Positions 36,767 through 48,176 of a stretch of DNA of 55,128 bases are shown one piece after another. Position 1 is the first letter of the stretch. Each line of letters starts with the position of its first letter. Origin of the DNA: an uncultured Gammaproteobacteria bacterium (GTDB lineage Bacteria; Pseudomonadota; Gammaproteobacteria; Coxiellales; Coxiellaceae); the NCBI GenBank assembly GCA_902581285.1, contig CACHNP010000011.1:1-55128 (forward strand), in the 5' to 3' direction. The notes under the pieces are model-generated. The model was not told the origin of the DNA and searched no databases. It was given only the letters and a program-made list of their open reading frames with translations. A program made the position numbers and the translations under genes.

Positions 36767-38605
36767 TTGGCTGCATTAAAAGACATCGTAAAACTTTTTC
36801 CTTCTGAGCCTGGTGTGTATCTTATGTACGATTCCTCTGATCGTTTGATTTATGTGGGAAAGGCAAAGTCATTAAAAAAGCGTGTATTGAGTTATTTTAC
36901 TCAGCAAAAGACGGCAACGGCTAAAACGTCTGCAATGATGTCTCAGTGTCATAAAATTGAATTTACAATCACTCAAACTGAAAATGAGGCTTTGTTACTT
37001 GAGGCGAATTTAATTAAGCAGCATCGCCCTCGCTATAATGTTTTACTTCGCGATGATAAATCCTATCCTTATTTATACTTAACCACGACAGATGATTATC
37101 CGCGACTGGATTTGTTTCGCGGTAATGTGGATACTCACGGTTGTTATTATGGCCCCTTTTCTGGCGCAACGGTGGTGAGAAACAATTTGCATGTGTTGCA
37201 GAAGGTTTTTAAATTGAGGCAGTGTAGCAATGGGTTTTTTAGATCTCGTAAAACACCTTGCTTACAATATCAAATAGATTGTTGTACTGCACCTTGTGTT
37301 GATAAGGTGAGTCAGAAAGACTATGCGAAGCAGGTCCATGCTTTACGTTCTTTCTTGGATGGAAGAGATGATTCATTAGTTGCCGAACTGCAGGATAAAA
37401 TGCAAGCATGTTCAAAGTCCATGGAATTTGAAGACGCGGCAATGTATCGTGATAGAATTGCTCAGTTAAGGGCGGTTACTGGTGCGCAGTCCATGGTATC
37501 CGGTAGGCTTAGTGCCGATGTTTTCGCTGTGCATAAGGATGCGGTATCTTGTTGTGTTGTGGTGTTGTTTGTTCGCCATGGCCGAGTTTTAGGGCATAAA
37601 TCGTATTTTCCACGCGTCTCGGCTGATACAAGTTTGGGTTGCGTGATATCGGATTTTTTATCGCAGTACTATTTGCAAGAGAATCATCGGTTGGCGCACT
37701 TGGATAAGATTGTTTCGTCTGAGCCTATAGAAAACAAAGACTGGTTACAGGATGCTTTGATTGATTTATTGGGTCAAAAAATAAAGCTTGTTGACAAACT
37801 CACTTCGCATTATCGAAATTGGTGTGCGGTCGCAAAAAAAAATGCTGAGGAGCAATTAAGGCAAAAAGCAAGTAGGTCAGAGATTGATCTTTCTTTATTA
37901 TTTGAATCGTTGGTTGCTGAATTAAAGCTACCAAAACCGGTTTATCACATGGAGTGTTTTGATATCAGTCATACATTTGGTGCGGCAACGGTTGCGTCCT
38001 GTGTTGTGTTTGATGTTACTGCTGTAAGAAAAGATTTGTATAGAAAGTTTAATATCAAAGGGGTTACTCCAGGAGATGATTACGCTGCTATGGAGCAGGT
38101 GTTGCGTCGACGTTATCAGCGGTTGAAAAAGCAGGGTGAGCCGTTGCCAGATTGTATTGTGGTGGATGGAGGAGTAGGGCAGATGACGCAAGCGGTGGCT
38201 GTTCTGTCAAGTCTGGAGATGGGTGATATTACTCTGATTGGTGTTGCAAAAGGGCGATCCAGAAAGCCGGGTAAAGAATCTATTTGGGTTCATGGTCAGA
38301 CAACTCCTTACGCTTTAAGTTTAAGCTCAAAAGCGATGCGGTTAATACAAATGATTAGGGATGAGGCGCACCGGTTTGCCATTGCTGGTCACCGTCAAAA
38401 ACGTCGTCAGTTAACCCTGCATTCTGAGTTGGAGTCATTGCCTGGGATCGGCGTTGTCCAACGACAGGCAATATTAAAGCATTTTGGTGGGCGTCAAGGC
38501 TTGTTTAAAGCCTCATTGGATGATTTGCTTGGTATTCCTGGGGTCGGTCGGGTTAAGGCGCGTTTGTTGTTTGAGTTTATAAAGAAAAAACAGCGTGATT
38601 CGTGA
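36767..38605 (+). CDS. uvrC: Excinuclease ABC subunit C. The gene appears to start with TTG, 10 bp after the letA stop.
   Basis: GIY-YIG domain (PGVYLMYDSSDRLIYVGKAKSLKKR), a UvrBC motif, and C-terminal RNaseH-like and HhH regions. 612 aa. Confidence 0.93.
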   Translation: MAALKDIVKLFPSEPGVYLMYDSSDRLIYVGKAKSLKKRVLSYFTQQKTATAKTSAMMSQCHKIEFTITQTENEALLLEANLIKQHRPRYNVLLRDDKSYPYLYLTTTDDYPRLDLFRGNVDTHGCYYGPFSGATVVRNNLHVLQKVFKLRQCSNGFFRSRKTPCLQYQIDCCTAPCVDKVSQKDYAKQVHALRSFLDGRDDSLVAELQDKMQACSKSMEFEDAAMYRDRIAQLRAVTGAQSMVSGRLSADVFAVHKDAVSCCVVVLFVRHGRVLGHKSYFPRVSADTSLGCVISDFLSQYYLQENHRLAHLDKIVSSEPIENKDWLQDALIDLLGQKIKLVDKLTSHYRNWCAVAKKNAEEQLRQKASRSEIDLSLLFESLVAELKLPKPVYHMECFDISHTFGAATVASCVVFDVTAVRKDLYRKFNIKGVTPGDDYAAMEQVLRRRYQRLKKQGEPLPDCIVVDGGVGQMTQAVAVLSSLEMGDITLIGVAKGRSRKPGKESIWVHGQTTPYALSLSSKAMRLIQMIRDEAHRFAIAGHRQKRRQLTLHSELESLPGIGVVQRQAILKHFGGRQGLFKASLDDLLGIPGVGRVKARLLFEFIKKKQRDS

Positions 38606-38655
38606 TACTGTGGGTGCTTCCTTGATTTATTGGTGCTCTTCGGTAGAATGATTTT

Positions 38656-39243
38656 ATGAGATTTACAACGGCTGATAAAATTACTGTTATGCGCTTGTGG
38701 TTGCTTCCGATAGCGGTCGGTTTATACTATGTTGGCGCGGTTTGGGCTTATCTTCTCTCGGCTTTAGTTTTTCTCATAATAGCAATATCGGATTTCTTGG
38801 ATGGGTATGTTGCTCGTAAAATGGGTGAAGTTAGTGCATTTGGTGCTTTTTTAGACCCTGTTGCTGATAAAGTTTGTGTGGTGGCGATGTTGATTGTGCT
38901 TGCCTCACACTTCAGTGCTGGTCATTTCTATATTGGTCTTTTTCTGACCGGAACAACATTGATCATTTCAAGTAGAGAAATTATTGTTTCTGCGTTGCGA
39001 GAGTTTATGGCAACGAGAGGTTTGCGAGATAAGGTTGCAGTTAAAACTTTGGGTAAGTGGAAAACATTTGCCCAGTGTATTGCTATTATTTTACTTACTA
39101 TGACGTCTGGCTATTTTTCGCCTGATTGGCTGTATCATGTTTTTCTTTATTTCGGGTTGTTTTTTCTATTGGTGGCCGCCACTTTAACCGTTGTATCGCT
39201 GTTCACCTATCTCAAATCAGCAAGACGGCATTTGTCTGCTTGA
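38656..39243 (+). CDS. pgsA: CDP-diacylglycerol--glycerol-3-phosphate 3-phosphatidyltransferase
   Basis: CDP-alcohol phosphatidyltransferase motif DFLDGYVARK...GAFLDPVADK. Colinear with E. coli PgsA. Confidence 0.9.
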   Translation: MRFTTADKITVMRLWLLPIAVGLYYVGAVWAYLLSALVFLIIAISDFLDGYVARKMGEVSAFGAFLDPVADKVCVVAMLIVLASHFSAGHFYIGLFLTGTTLIISSREIIVSALREFMATRGLRDKVAVKTLGKWKTFAQCIAIILLTMTSGYFSPDWLYHVFLYFGLFFLLVAATLTVVSLFTYLKSARRHLSA

Positions 39244-39292
39244 GTTACTTGACCCTTTTTCAAGGATTATTATAAAATAGGTATCTGATTGC

Positions 39293-39320
39293 TTGACTTT
39301 ATTTTTTATTTAGTAATAAT
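39293..39320 (+). promoter_or_regulatory. Candidate sigma70 promoter for the tRNA-Gly-Cys-Leu cluster
   Basis: TTGACT at 39293-39298, a spacer of about 16 nt, then AATAAT, about 22 bp upstream of tRNA-Gly. Confidence 0.35.
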
Positions 39321-39342
39321 AGCAATCTCTTGATTGTGAATT

Positions 39343-39418
39343 GCGGGAATAGCTCAGCTGGTAGAGCGCAACCTTGCCAAGGTTGAGGTCGCGAGTTCGA
39401 ACCTCGTTTCCCGCTCCA
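39343..39418 (+). tRNA. tRNA-Gly (GCC)
   Basis: GCGGGAATAGCTCAGCTGGTAGAGC D-arm, anticodon loop CTTGCCAAG, T-arm GGTTCGAAC, 3' CCA. Confidence 0.93.
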
Positions 39419-39470
39419 TTTTCATAATCAAGTTGCATTTGCTGTACGATTTCCAGGGCTGAATAGGCGT

Positions 39471-39544
39471 GGCTGAGTGGCAGAGTGGTTATGCAGCGGC
39501 CTGCAAAGCCGTGTACCTCGGTTCGATTCCGGGCTCAGCCTCCA
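39471..39544 (+). tRNA. tRNA-Cys (GCA)
   Basis: Acceptor GGCTGAG/CTCAGCC, anticodon loop CTGCAAA, T-loop GGTTCGATTCC, discriminator T plus CCA. Confidence 0.9.
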
Positions 39545-39574
39545 TGAAATCAAAAGAAGCATGTGTTTCAATTA

Positions 39575-39661
39575 GCCCGGGTGGTGGAATTGGTAGACAC
39601 AAGGGACTTAAAATCCCTCGAAGGCAACTTCGTGCCGGTTCAAGTCCGGCCCCGGGTACCA
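39575..39661 (+). tRNA. tRNA-Leu (TAA), type II with a long variable arm
   Basis: Nearly identical to E. coli leuZ. GCCCGGGTGGTGGAATTGGTAGACAC, anticodon loop CTTAAAA, and a 3' end CCGGGTACCA. Confidence 0.9.
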
Positions 39662-39704
39662 ATATCGATACAAACTTTGGTTTGTTAATGAGTAAAACCA
39701 TATT

Positions 39705-40946
39705 ATGATTAGACCGCTTTCTCTTTTCATTGGCTGGAGATATACCAGGGCAAAAAAAAGGAGTGGTTTCGTTTCGTTTATTTCTCTCGCCTCTGTGCTT
39801 GGTATTGCGCTGGGCATCACTGTACTAATTACTGTGCTATCTGTGATGAATGGGTTTGATAGTGAAATACGCGAGAGATTTTTCACCGTAGCACCACATG
39901 TTACGATAAACTTCCCGTCCCCCAAGTTACCTGCTAACTGGTCAAAATTAAAAAATACTGTGGCAACCGACCCCGATGTTGAATCCATGTTGAACTTTGC
40001 CTCTGGAAAGGCGATGTTGGCATATAACCATCAGCTTGATGGTTTGGTTCTGATGGGGGTGGATCCAGAAGCTCAGTTGAATCGAACGGACTTGAAGACT
40101 AAAATTACCTCTGGTTCATTCTTAGGTTTAAATAAAAAGCGGTTTCAGATTGCCGTTGGTTACTCATTGGCTCAACGTCTGGATCTTCACGTGGGTGATA
40201 AGTTTACGGTTATCACGCCACGCTATTCTGTTGATATCACTGGAGTCACGCCAGTACAGAGAAGTTTTACTGTTTGTGCAATTTATAAAGCGTTAGGTGT
40301 TGATGGTGCGGTTGCTTACGTAAACCTTCGTGATGCGAAAGCGCTCTTTGGTAAAGACGTCGAATTGGGTGAGCATTTGAGGTTGCATAACATCTATGAC
40401 GCTGTTTCGGTAAGTCAGCGTTTAGAGGCATTGCTCGGGCCAAATTACTACATTACAAACTGGACCACCCAGTTTGGCCCATTGTCACAAGCGCTGGGTA
40501 TGGAAAAAACAATGTTGTTTTTTATTTTACTTTTGATTGTGGCTGTTGCAGCATTTAATTTGGTCTCTACTTTAGTTATGGTGGTGACAGATAAGCAATC
40601 TGATATTGCTATATTGAAAACATTGGGGGCGAAACCAAGAACGATCATGCTGAGTTTTGTTTTTCAGGGTATGATAATAGGTTCTATTGGTGCTATTTTG
40701 GGATTGATATTAGGTGTGGTACTAGCAACACATATTTCATCGCTCTCTATTTGGTTGCAATCGACTTTGCATGTTCAATTGATCTCAGAGCAAGTTTACG
40801 GAATAAATTATTTGCCTTCAAAACTAAGCATGCACGATGTTTCATGGGTTACTGGTCTAAGTTTTGCTATGTGCCTGATAGCAACACTATACCCTGCGTG
40901 GCTTGCTTTTCGAACACAACCAGCTGAGGCGTTACGATATGAGTGA
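39705..40946 (+). CDS. lolC: Lipoprotein-release ABC transporter permease (LolC/LolE family)
   Basis: 413 aa with an N-terminal TM helix, a large periplasmic loop, and a C-terminal FtsX-like 3-TM region. Followed by lolD. Confidence 0.85.
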   Translation: MIRPLSLFIGWRYTRAKKRSGFVSFISLASVLGIALGITVLITVLSVMNGFDSEIRERFFTVAPHVTINFPSPKLPANWSKLKNTVATDPDVESMLNFASGKAMLAYNHQLDGLVLMGVDPEAQLNRTDLKTKITSGSFLGLNKKRFQIAVGYSLAQRLDLHVGDKFTVITPRYSVDITGVTPVQRSFTVCAIYKALGVDGAVAYVNLRDAKALFGKDVELGEHLRLHNIYDAVSVSQRLEALLGPNYYITNWTTQFGPLSQALGMEKTMLFFILLLIVAVAAFNLVSTLVMVVTDKQSDIAILKTLGAKPRTIMLSFVFQGMIIGSIGAILGLILGVVLATHISSLSIWLQSTLHVQLISEQVYGINYLPSKLSMHDVSWVTGLSFAMCLIATLYPAWLAFRTQPAEALRYE

Positions 40947-41628
40947 AAAGGGCGTGGTATTGAATTGCGAGTCACTTAGTAAGTCGTTTGTCGATGGGGC
41001 GCTCAATGTTGATGTGTTTTCTGATTTGTCATTTTCTGTTGATGCGGGAAGTATGGTTGCGATAACTGGCGCTTCTGGGTCAGGAAAGAGCACTTTATTG
41101 CATTTGCTGGGTGGGCTGGATAAACCAACTTCCGGTCGAGTGTGCCTCATGGGGCATGATATAATGACGCTGAGTGAAAACAAGAAGGCTGAATTGAGAA
41201 ACAAACACCTTGGTTTTGTTTATCAGTTTCATCACCTGCTCCCGGAATTTTCCGCTGTGGAAAATGTGTGTATGCCTTTATTGATCCGTGGTGATGCTTT
41301 TCATCAAGCTGAAAAGCAAGCGTTAGCCCTTATTGATCAGGTCGGCTTGGCTGATCGTTACCGGCATCGGGTTGGTGAATTGTCTGGTGGGGAGCGTCAA
41401 AGGATCGCTATCGCTAGGGCGTTGGTCACGCAACCTGATTGCGTATTGGCGGATGAACCCACTGGTAATTTAGATTCAGAAACAGCGGACCAGGTTTTTG
41501 ATTTAATGCTGGAACTAAATAAGCATAATAATACCAGTTTTGTTGTTGTGACTCACAACCCTTTATTGGCTAATAAGTTAGATCGAGTTCATGTTATCCG
41601 ACAGGGCGCGTTGATCGATGCGCCTTAA
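40939..41628 (+). CDS. lolD: Lipoprotein-release ABC transporter ATP-binding protein. The start is set at MSEKG with SD GAGG, not at the ORF-track start 40903.
   Basis: Walker A GASGSGKST, ABC signature LSGGERQRIAIARAL, Walker B VLADEPTGNLD. Confidence 0.9.
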   Translation: MSEKGVVLNCESLSKSFVDGALNVDVFSDLSFSVDAGSMVAITGASGSGKSTLLHLLGGLDKPTSGRVCLMGHDIMTLSENKKAELRNKHLGFVYQFHHLLPEFSAVENVCMPLLIRGDAFHQAEKQALALIDQVGLADRYRHRVGELSGGERQRIAIARALVTQPDCVLADEPTGNLDSETADQVFDLMLELNKHNNTSFVVVTHNPLLANKLDRVHVIRQGALIDAP

Positions 41629-41637
41629 ATATGGAGC

Positions 41638-42927
41638 TTGTTGATGGTTGATGTAGTAAATACTTTTATTGATTTGCATAAGCGAGGCGATCGCGGCTTA
41701 GTGGTTTGTGTTCGTTTTTTATCACGCTGCGATGTTAAAGAAGATGTTGAGTTCGTTGGTTTAGTTGAGGCTGCGAACATTGAGCTCATACAAGTCTCGC
41801 ATTTATCTCGTGCAGAACCAGTTCCAAAGTACCTTATTGGTCGAGGGCAAGTTGACGCTTTGGCTGAGATTGTTAAGCAGCATGATATTAATGTTGTTCT
41901 CTTTAACCAGGCTATCAGCCCGGCTCAAGGACGTAATTTAGAATGTATTTTTAATTGCCGTGTTATTGATCGTAATGAACTTATTCTGGATATTTTTGCT
42001 CAGCGCGCGCGTAGTTTTGAGGGTAAGTTGCAAGTCGAATATGCGCAGTTGGTTCATATTCGTTCGAGATTAGTGAAAGGTTGGACTCACTTAGAAAGAC
42101 AGCGCGGTGGTATTGGCTTACGCGGGCCTGGTGAGACTCAGCTAGAGACGGATAAACGGCTTATTGATATTCGTTTGAAGTCAATTAAAAAGAAGTTGGA
42201 GAAAGTATTCAATCAAAGGGTATTGCAGCGCTCTAACAGAAAGCAGAAAACTATTCCTACGGTTTCTTTCATTGGTTACACCAATGTCGGTAAGTCCACC
42301 TTATTTAATCTACTGACTGCTGCAGACGTTATGGCTGAAGATATGTTGTTTGCAACCTTGGATCCGACATTAAGGCGACTTAAAATGGATACGCTAGGGA
42401 CTGTTGTGATGGCTGATACGGTCGGCTTTATACGTGATTTGCCGCACGATCTTATTGCAGCTTTTCGTGCAACGTTAGAAGAGACCAAGCAAGCGGATTT
42501 ATTGGTTCATGTTGTGGATAGCTCTCATCCTGAAAGGCAGGAAATGATTGATAGTGTGAATTCGGTCTTGACTGGACTTGGGGTTCGAGATATTCCAGTT
42601 TTGTATGTCTATAATAAGATAGACATACAGGGGGAGTCAGCTCGTATAGAGCGAGGTCGCGCAGGTGTTCCAGCTAAAGTGTATGTTTCAGCGTCAATGC
42701 GCGACGGCATAGATTTGCTGAAGTCAGAAATAATCAGCTTGCTAAGCAACAATTTTTTGTCGACCAAAGTCACCCTCAATCCTTCTCAATCCAAGCTTAG
42801 AGCTAAGCTTTACTCTATTGGTGTAGTGTGTCATGAGGAAATCAGTGATGATGGCACGTGCGTGCTGGATATTAAGATTAAACGGTCGCTATATCAGCAG
42901 TTATTTTCCAAATTGGAAATAAATTAG
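41638..42927 (+). CDS. hflX: GTPase HflX
   Basis: HflX N-domain (LQVEYAQLVH..., LRGPGETQLETDKR) followed by a G-domain (GYTNVGKSTLFN, DTVGF, NKID). Confidence 0.9.
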   Translation: MLMVDVVNTFIDLHKRGDRGLVVCVRFLSRCDVKEDVEFVGLVEAANIELIQVSHLSRAEPVPKYLIGRGQVDALAEIVKQHDINVVLFNQAISPAQGRNLECIFNCRVIDRNELILDIFAQRARSFEGKLQVEYAQLVHIRSRLVKGWTHLERQRGGIGLRGPGETQLETDKRLIDIRLKSIKKKLEKVFNQRVLQRSNRKQKTIPTVSFIGYTNVGKSTLFNLLTAADVMAEDMLFATLDPTLRRLKMDTLGTVVMADTVGFIRDLPHDLIAAFRATLEETKQADLLVHVVDSSHPERQEMIDSVNSVLTGLGVRDIPVLYVYNKIDIQGESARIERGRAGVPAKVYVSASMRDGIDLLKSEIISLLSNNFLSTKVTLNPSQSKLRAKLYSIGVVCHEEISDDGTCVLDIKIKRSLYQQLFSKLEIN

Positions 42928-43000
42928 CCTTAAGTACTTGCAGGCTTTTGATAAGCAGCATAAAATGAAATGAGTTATCAATTGCGCATGGAGTGCAGCT

Positions 43001-44404
43001 ATGTCAAATAAAGGTAAAGACCCGTGGAAAGGTGGGTCTAACGAGGGGCCGCCGGATTTAGTTGATTTTTTCAAAAAAGCATTCAAAAAAAAGCCCCCTA
43101 GTTTTAAAAAAAACAATTCAAATAAGCCAATGCCTTCACCAAAATGGCTGTTCTTAATCCCTGTTTTTATGGTTCTTCTTTGGGCTGGAAGTGGGCTCTA
43201 CGTTGTGCAGGCGCAGGAAAAGGCCATTGTGACTCGTTTTGGTGCTTATCAAAGCACACAGTCTCCCGGGCTGCATTGGATACCAGCGCTTATTGATGAA
43301 GAGCAGCGTGTGAATGTTAAGCAAAATTACCATATCAATGTTCAAGCAAGGCAGATGCTAACCATTGATAAGGCAAACGATACCACAAGTACAACTAAAA
43401 GAGAGTCAAAGAAAGATACATTCAATAAAGCGGTCACAACATTAATGTCGACCAATAATTCAAAAGATCAAGTTGATTCTGGGAAATTATCTAATACTGA
43501 AGAGGACGATGAAAGTAGTATCAGCAATATTGGTATCGTGGTTGCGGATATCACGGTTAACTATAATATCAAAGATCCAAAATTATTTCTCTTTAATGTA
43601 ACTGATCCAAGAGAGTTATTAAATAACGCAACAAAAAGTGCATTAAGAGAGGCGGTTAGCTCAATGGATGTGAATAATGTTATATCTTCCGAGCGTGGTA
43701 TGTTGCAAGAAAAAGTGCGTAAAAAAGTTGTTGATCTAATGGAGAGATACAAAACTGGTATCAACATACGTAGTGTGACTATCCAGAAAACCACTGTGCC
43801 TGTTCAAGTAGAGCAAGCTTATAATGATGTTGTGAACGCGCAGGCTGATAAGCGTCGATTGATCAGTGAGGGTAATATTTATGAAACTGAACGCGAGGCT
43901 ATAGTAAAAGGTATAACGCAGTGTTTAGCTTACAAAGCTGAATCTTATAGCGCTAGGATTGTGAATAAAGCCGCGGGTGACGTGGAGCGTTTCAATGCCT
44001 TGTATAATTCTTACAATCGGGGTGCTGGCGCCAATGATCAAAAGGATAAAGTGAGAAATGTGACGATGCAGCGTTTGTATTTTGATGCAATGCAAAAGGC
44101 CCTTAGCGAGACTACTAATATTGTGATGGATACAGATAAAGGTGCATCAAATAACATGATGTACTTGCCTTTGGATAAGATCATCAAGCAGGACGTAGCA
44201 GAAAATACCGACTCTAGTGCTTCTGTTGTTAAATCTGCCTCAGAGAGTGCAGATGATCAAATGTCTGATCTAGCGTACTGTGAAAAAACAGTCAAAGATC
44301 AGTACTATACATCAAAAAATGATGATGCTGAGAACCCAGTAAACGCAACTCAGGCAGCCCCTGAGCCGGAAAAGCAAGGAGGCAGTAAGTATGGAGCAGC
44401 CTGA
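43001..44404 (+). CDS. hflK: HflK (SPFH family regulator of FtsH), with a low-complexity insertion and a C-terminal extension
   Basis: The N-terminus (DPWKGG...GPPDLVDFFKK), a TM helix, and the core VVTRFGAYQSTQSPGLHWIPALIDE align with E. coli HflK. An extra S/T/D-rich segment of about 60 aa lies inside the SPFH domain. Confidence 0.85.
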   Translation: MSNKGKDPWKGGSNEGPPDLVDFFKKAFKKKPPSFKKNNSNKPMPSPKWLFLIPVFMVLLWAGSGLYVVQAQEKAIVTRFGAYQSTQSPGLHWIPALIDEEQRVNVKQNYHINVQARQMLTIDKANDTTSTTKRESKKDTFNKAVTTLMSTNNSKDQVDSGKLSNTEEDDESSISNIGIVVADITVNYNIKDPKLFLFNVTDPRELLNNATKSALREAVSSMDVNNVISSERGMLQEKVRKKVVDLMERYKTGINIRSVTIQKTTVPVQVEQAYNDVVNAQADKRRLISEGNIYETEREAIVKGITQCLAYKAESYSARIVNKAAGDVERFNALYNSYNRGAGANDQKDKVRNVTMQRLYFDAMQKALSETTNIVMDTDKGASNNMMYLPLDKIIKQDVAENTDSSASVVKSASESADDQMSDLAYCEKTVKDQYYTSKNDDAENPVNATQAAPEPEKQGGSKYGAA

Positions 44405-45371
44405 TAATATCCCAGATCATACCACTAAAATTATGGTCGTAGTTTCAATTTTTTGTGTGATTCTTATGGTGTGCACATTTTTTTCTTACTTTATCGTGGT
44501 TGAAGGTCAGAGCGCACTTCGCTTGCAATTGGGGCAAGTTGTTCTGGATAAAAATAACGTTGCTGAGAAATATAAGCCCGGCGTTCATTTGATGATACCT
44601 TTTATCAATCAGGTGAAGTACTTCAACACTAAATTGCGTACGCTCAATTACGATATAGCAAATACTTACACGGAAGATAAGTATCCCATCAATGTGGACT
44701 ATTTCGTTACTTGGCGTATTAATGATCTCGGTAAGTATTACACATCAACTGGTGCAGACAATGATGTAACCAGCGATATTATTAGACAACAGGTTGGTAC
44801 CGCATTGCAGAAAAATATCGGGCTTAGCAAGTTAGAAGATGTTGTCAATAAGCGGCGTGAGAAGTTGATGACCGATACGACAGTTGATGCTTCTAAACAG
44901 TTGCAAAAATACGGAATCAAGCTTGAAGATTTTCGTTTGAATCGAATTGAGCTTAATAACAGCACATTAAGTCGTGTTTATGAAGCGATGAGGAAAAAGC
45001 GTCAGAAGCAATCACAGCAGTTCTTGTCACAAGGGCGTTCGGAGAAAATCAGGATTGAATCGGGTGCTGATAAGCGTTTCATAACAACAATTTCAGCAGC
45101 TCAGCTGGCGGCTCAAAAAACAAAGGCGGCTGCAGATGAAACGGCGGCAGACAACTATGCAAACGCTTACTCAAAAGATCCAGCCTTTTATAAGTTTTAT
45201 AAAAGCCTTCAAAGTTACGTGAATGTTTTCGCTAATAACCACTCCGTGATGCTATTGAAAACAGATAGTGATTTTTTGAATGTTTTTAAATCTGCGGGTC
45301 ACAATTTAGCAAAAAATAGTGATTTGATTCATCATGTGAAAGCGACTGAAGAATCCGGTGCACCGTCATAA
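44391..45371 (+). CDS. hflC: HflC (SPFH family; partner of HflK)
   Basis: Overlaps the hflK stop. N-terminal TM helix and SPFH domain. At 326 aa it is close to E. coli HflC. Confidence 0.85.
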   Translation: MEQPDNIPDHTTKIMVVVSIFCVILMVCTFFSYFIVVEGQSALRLQLGQVVLDKNNVAEKYKPGVHLMIPFINQVKYFNTKLRTLNYDIANTYTEDKYPINVDYFVTWRINDLGKYYTSTGADNDVTSDIIRQQVGTALQKNIGLSKLEDVVNKRREKLMTDTTVDASKQLQKYGIKLEDFRLNRIELNNSTLSRVYEAMRKKRQKQSQQFLSQGRSEKIRIESGADKRFITTISAAQLAAQKTKAAADETAADNYANAYSKDPAFYKFYKSLQSYVNVFANNHSVMLLKTDSDFLNVFKSAGHNLAKNSDLIHHVKATEESGAPS

Positions 45372-45506
45372 GACAAACTCTATGAGTGATTGTTGGGGGT
45401 GGGATAAAGCTTATTTAAGGTTCTTTTCTTAGATAAAGATGCTGCTAAATTCCCTTGTTTGCTGACTGTTTAATGTTTATAATTCAACATTAATTAGTTT
45501 TGATAG

Positions 45507-46796
<1,290 letters not shown>

Positions 46797-46814
46797 CTGT
46801 CTCTATATGTTTGG

Positions 46815-48176
46815 TTAAACTACCAAATTTGTTTCTGGCTGAGTATGATCTGTTAACTTAATTTGTTTTTCAATCTGTTTAAGTTCTTCCATGTCAGTTA
46901 TCTCGCTTATTGTAGAATCAAAAAGACTGAACTTGGTTTCCAATTTGCATATTTTAGCGATGCTTTGATTTGTTAAGGATGCAAATTTTTTCATTATAAT
47001 GGATGAGAAAATCAAGATAGTTGGGTATGTGTTGAAAATCGTGGTTGCTGCCTCGGTTGACGGGGTAATAATGCTGTGTTTGTAGTCTTTGTACCATGTT
47101 TCATTACCGACATATCTTTCAGTTAGATACAAGGATGTTGCGCTAGAAAAAACGCCAAAATAAGCGGTTAACAAACTGACTAGCGCCAATATCAAGCAGT
47201 TTACTGTGGGTTGAAGATAATAAGGGAGTTGCTTTTTACTGATAAAGTCAACCACGTTAGAATCAACTTTGTCGATCACATAGAGCGTGATTCCAGCAAA
47301 GGGAATAAAGGCAGTGATGCCTAGCGGAATACTGTTAAAGCATTCTTCTATTGTTAAAAGAGTGTAGCCGATGAGAGCGCACGACATCATGAATGTGTTG
47401 ACGCCGTTTGCAGTGTACCGAAGAGTGAGTTTGGTAGAGTCAGATAATTCACTTTGGGTGTTGCTGCTTCGGATTGATTTAAGGGTTTTTGCCCACGAAT
47501 CCAGGTCAACTAGATTCTCAATAGCATTATTTGTGAGGCTGATTTGTTTGGTTTCAGAGAATGAGTTAATTAAACCGAGTTTTTTCTGCTTAATAAATTT
47601 TTGTATATCTAATTGCATGGCCTTGTGCGCTAACAAGACTGATGATTCAGGTTGTTTTTTTTTACACTGTATTGTTTGTATGTGTGATAAGGTATCAATG
47701 ATGCTGTTAACCAGGAAGCTTGCCCCCTGGTAGTGAATAAAAAAGTAGGCTGCTAGCTCAATGATAGCACTGTACATTGGGTCGTGATTTATTAAGGTTG
47801 TCGCAACGAAAGGGATTGTTGATACTGAGGTGGTTAGGATAACTAATGCTTCAATTTTTTTATCTTTTTTATCGCTTTCATTCTTGAAACTTTGAATGCA
47901 ATCATTGGCAAAGTATGCGTTTAAAATGGCGTTGAGCACAAAGCCACCAATAAATGAATTGGTTTCTTTATCCTCCAGGCTAACAGGCCATGGTAATGTT
48001 ACCAGTGATGCGCCGTTTGAGGCTGTCTTTTTAAAAGCAAACCAGGATGAAAGAAACCCCAATGTGCTTGCCACTAGTAAGATGGTTATGTCGGAATAAT
48101 CGATTTTTCTATTTGACTCCGCGTTTTTTCGTTTGAAAATTTGATTGAATGTGTTTTTGTGGTTTGGTTCAAGCAT
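46815..48176 (-). CDS. Hypothetical 453-aa polytopic membrane protein; candidate accessory gene or effector
   Basis: Multiple hydrophobic helices. AT-rich. Convergent on purA with an 18-bp gap. No conserved motif recognised. Confidence 0.45.
   Translation of the reverse strand: MLEPNHKNTFNQIFKRKNAESNRKIDYSDITILLVASTLGFLSSWFAFKKTASNGASLVTLPWPVSLEDKETNSFIGGFVLNAILNAYFANDCIQSFKNESDKKDKKIEALVILTTSVSTIPFVATTLINHDPMYSAIIELAAYFFIHYQGASFLVNSIIDTLSHIQTIQCKKKQPESSVLLAHKAMQLDIQKFIKQKKLGLINSFSETKQISLTNNAIENLVDLDSWAKTLKSIRSSNTQSELSDSTKLTLRYTANGVNTFMMSCALIGYTLLTIEECFNSIPLGITAFIPFAGITLYVIDKVDSNVVDFISKKQLPYYLQPTVNCLILALVSLLTAYFGVFSSATSLYLTERYVGNETWYKDYKHSIITPSTEAATTIFNTYPTILIFSSIIMKKFASLTNQSIAKICKLETKFSLFDSTISEITDMEELKQIEKQIKLTDHTQPETNLVV

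Noticed and set aside
39469-39988. Three ORFs (39469..39708 +, 39489..39701 -, 39608..39988 -) overlapping the tRNA-Cys and tRNA-Leu genes
   Set aside because: They are fully explained by structured tRNA genes with canonical cloverleaf features. Their products look like translated tRNA sequence (PGAGLEPA...). Spurious.
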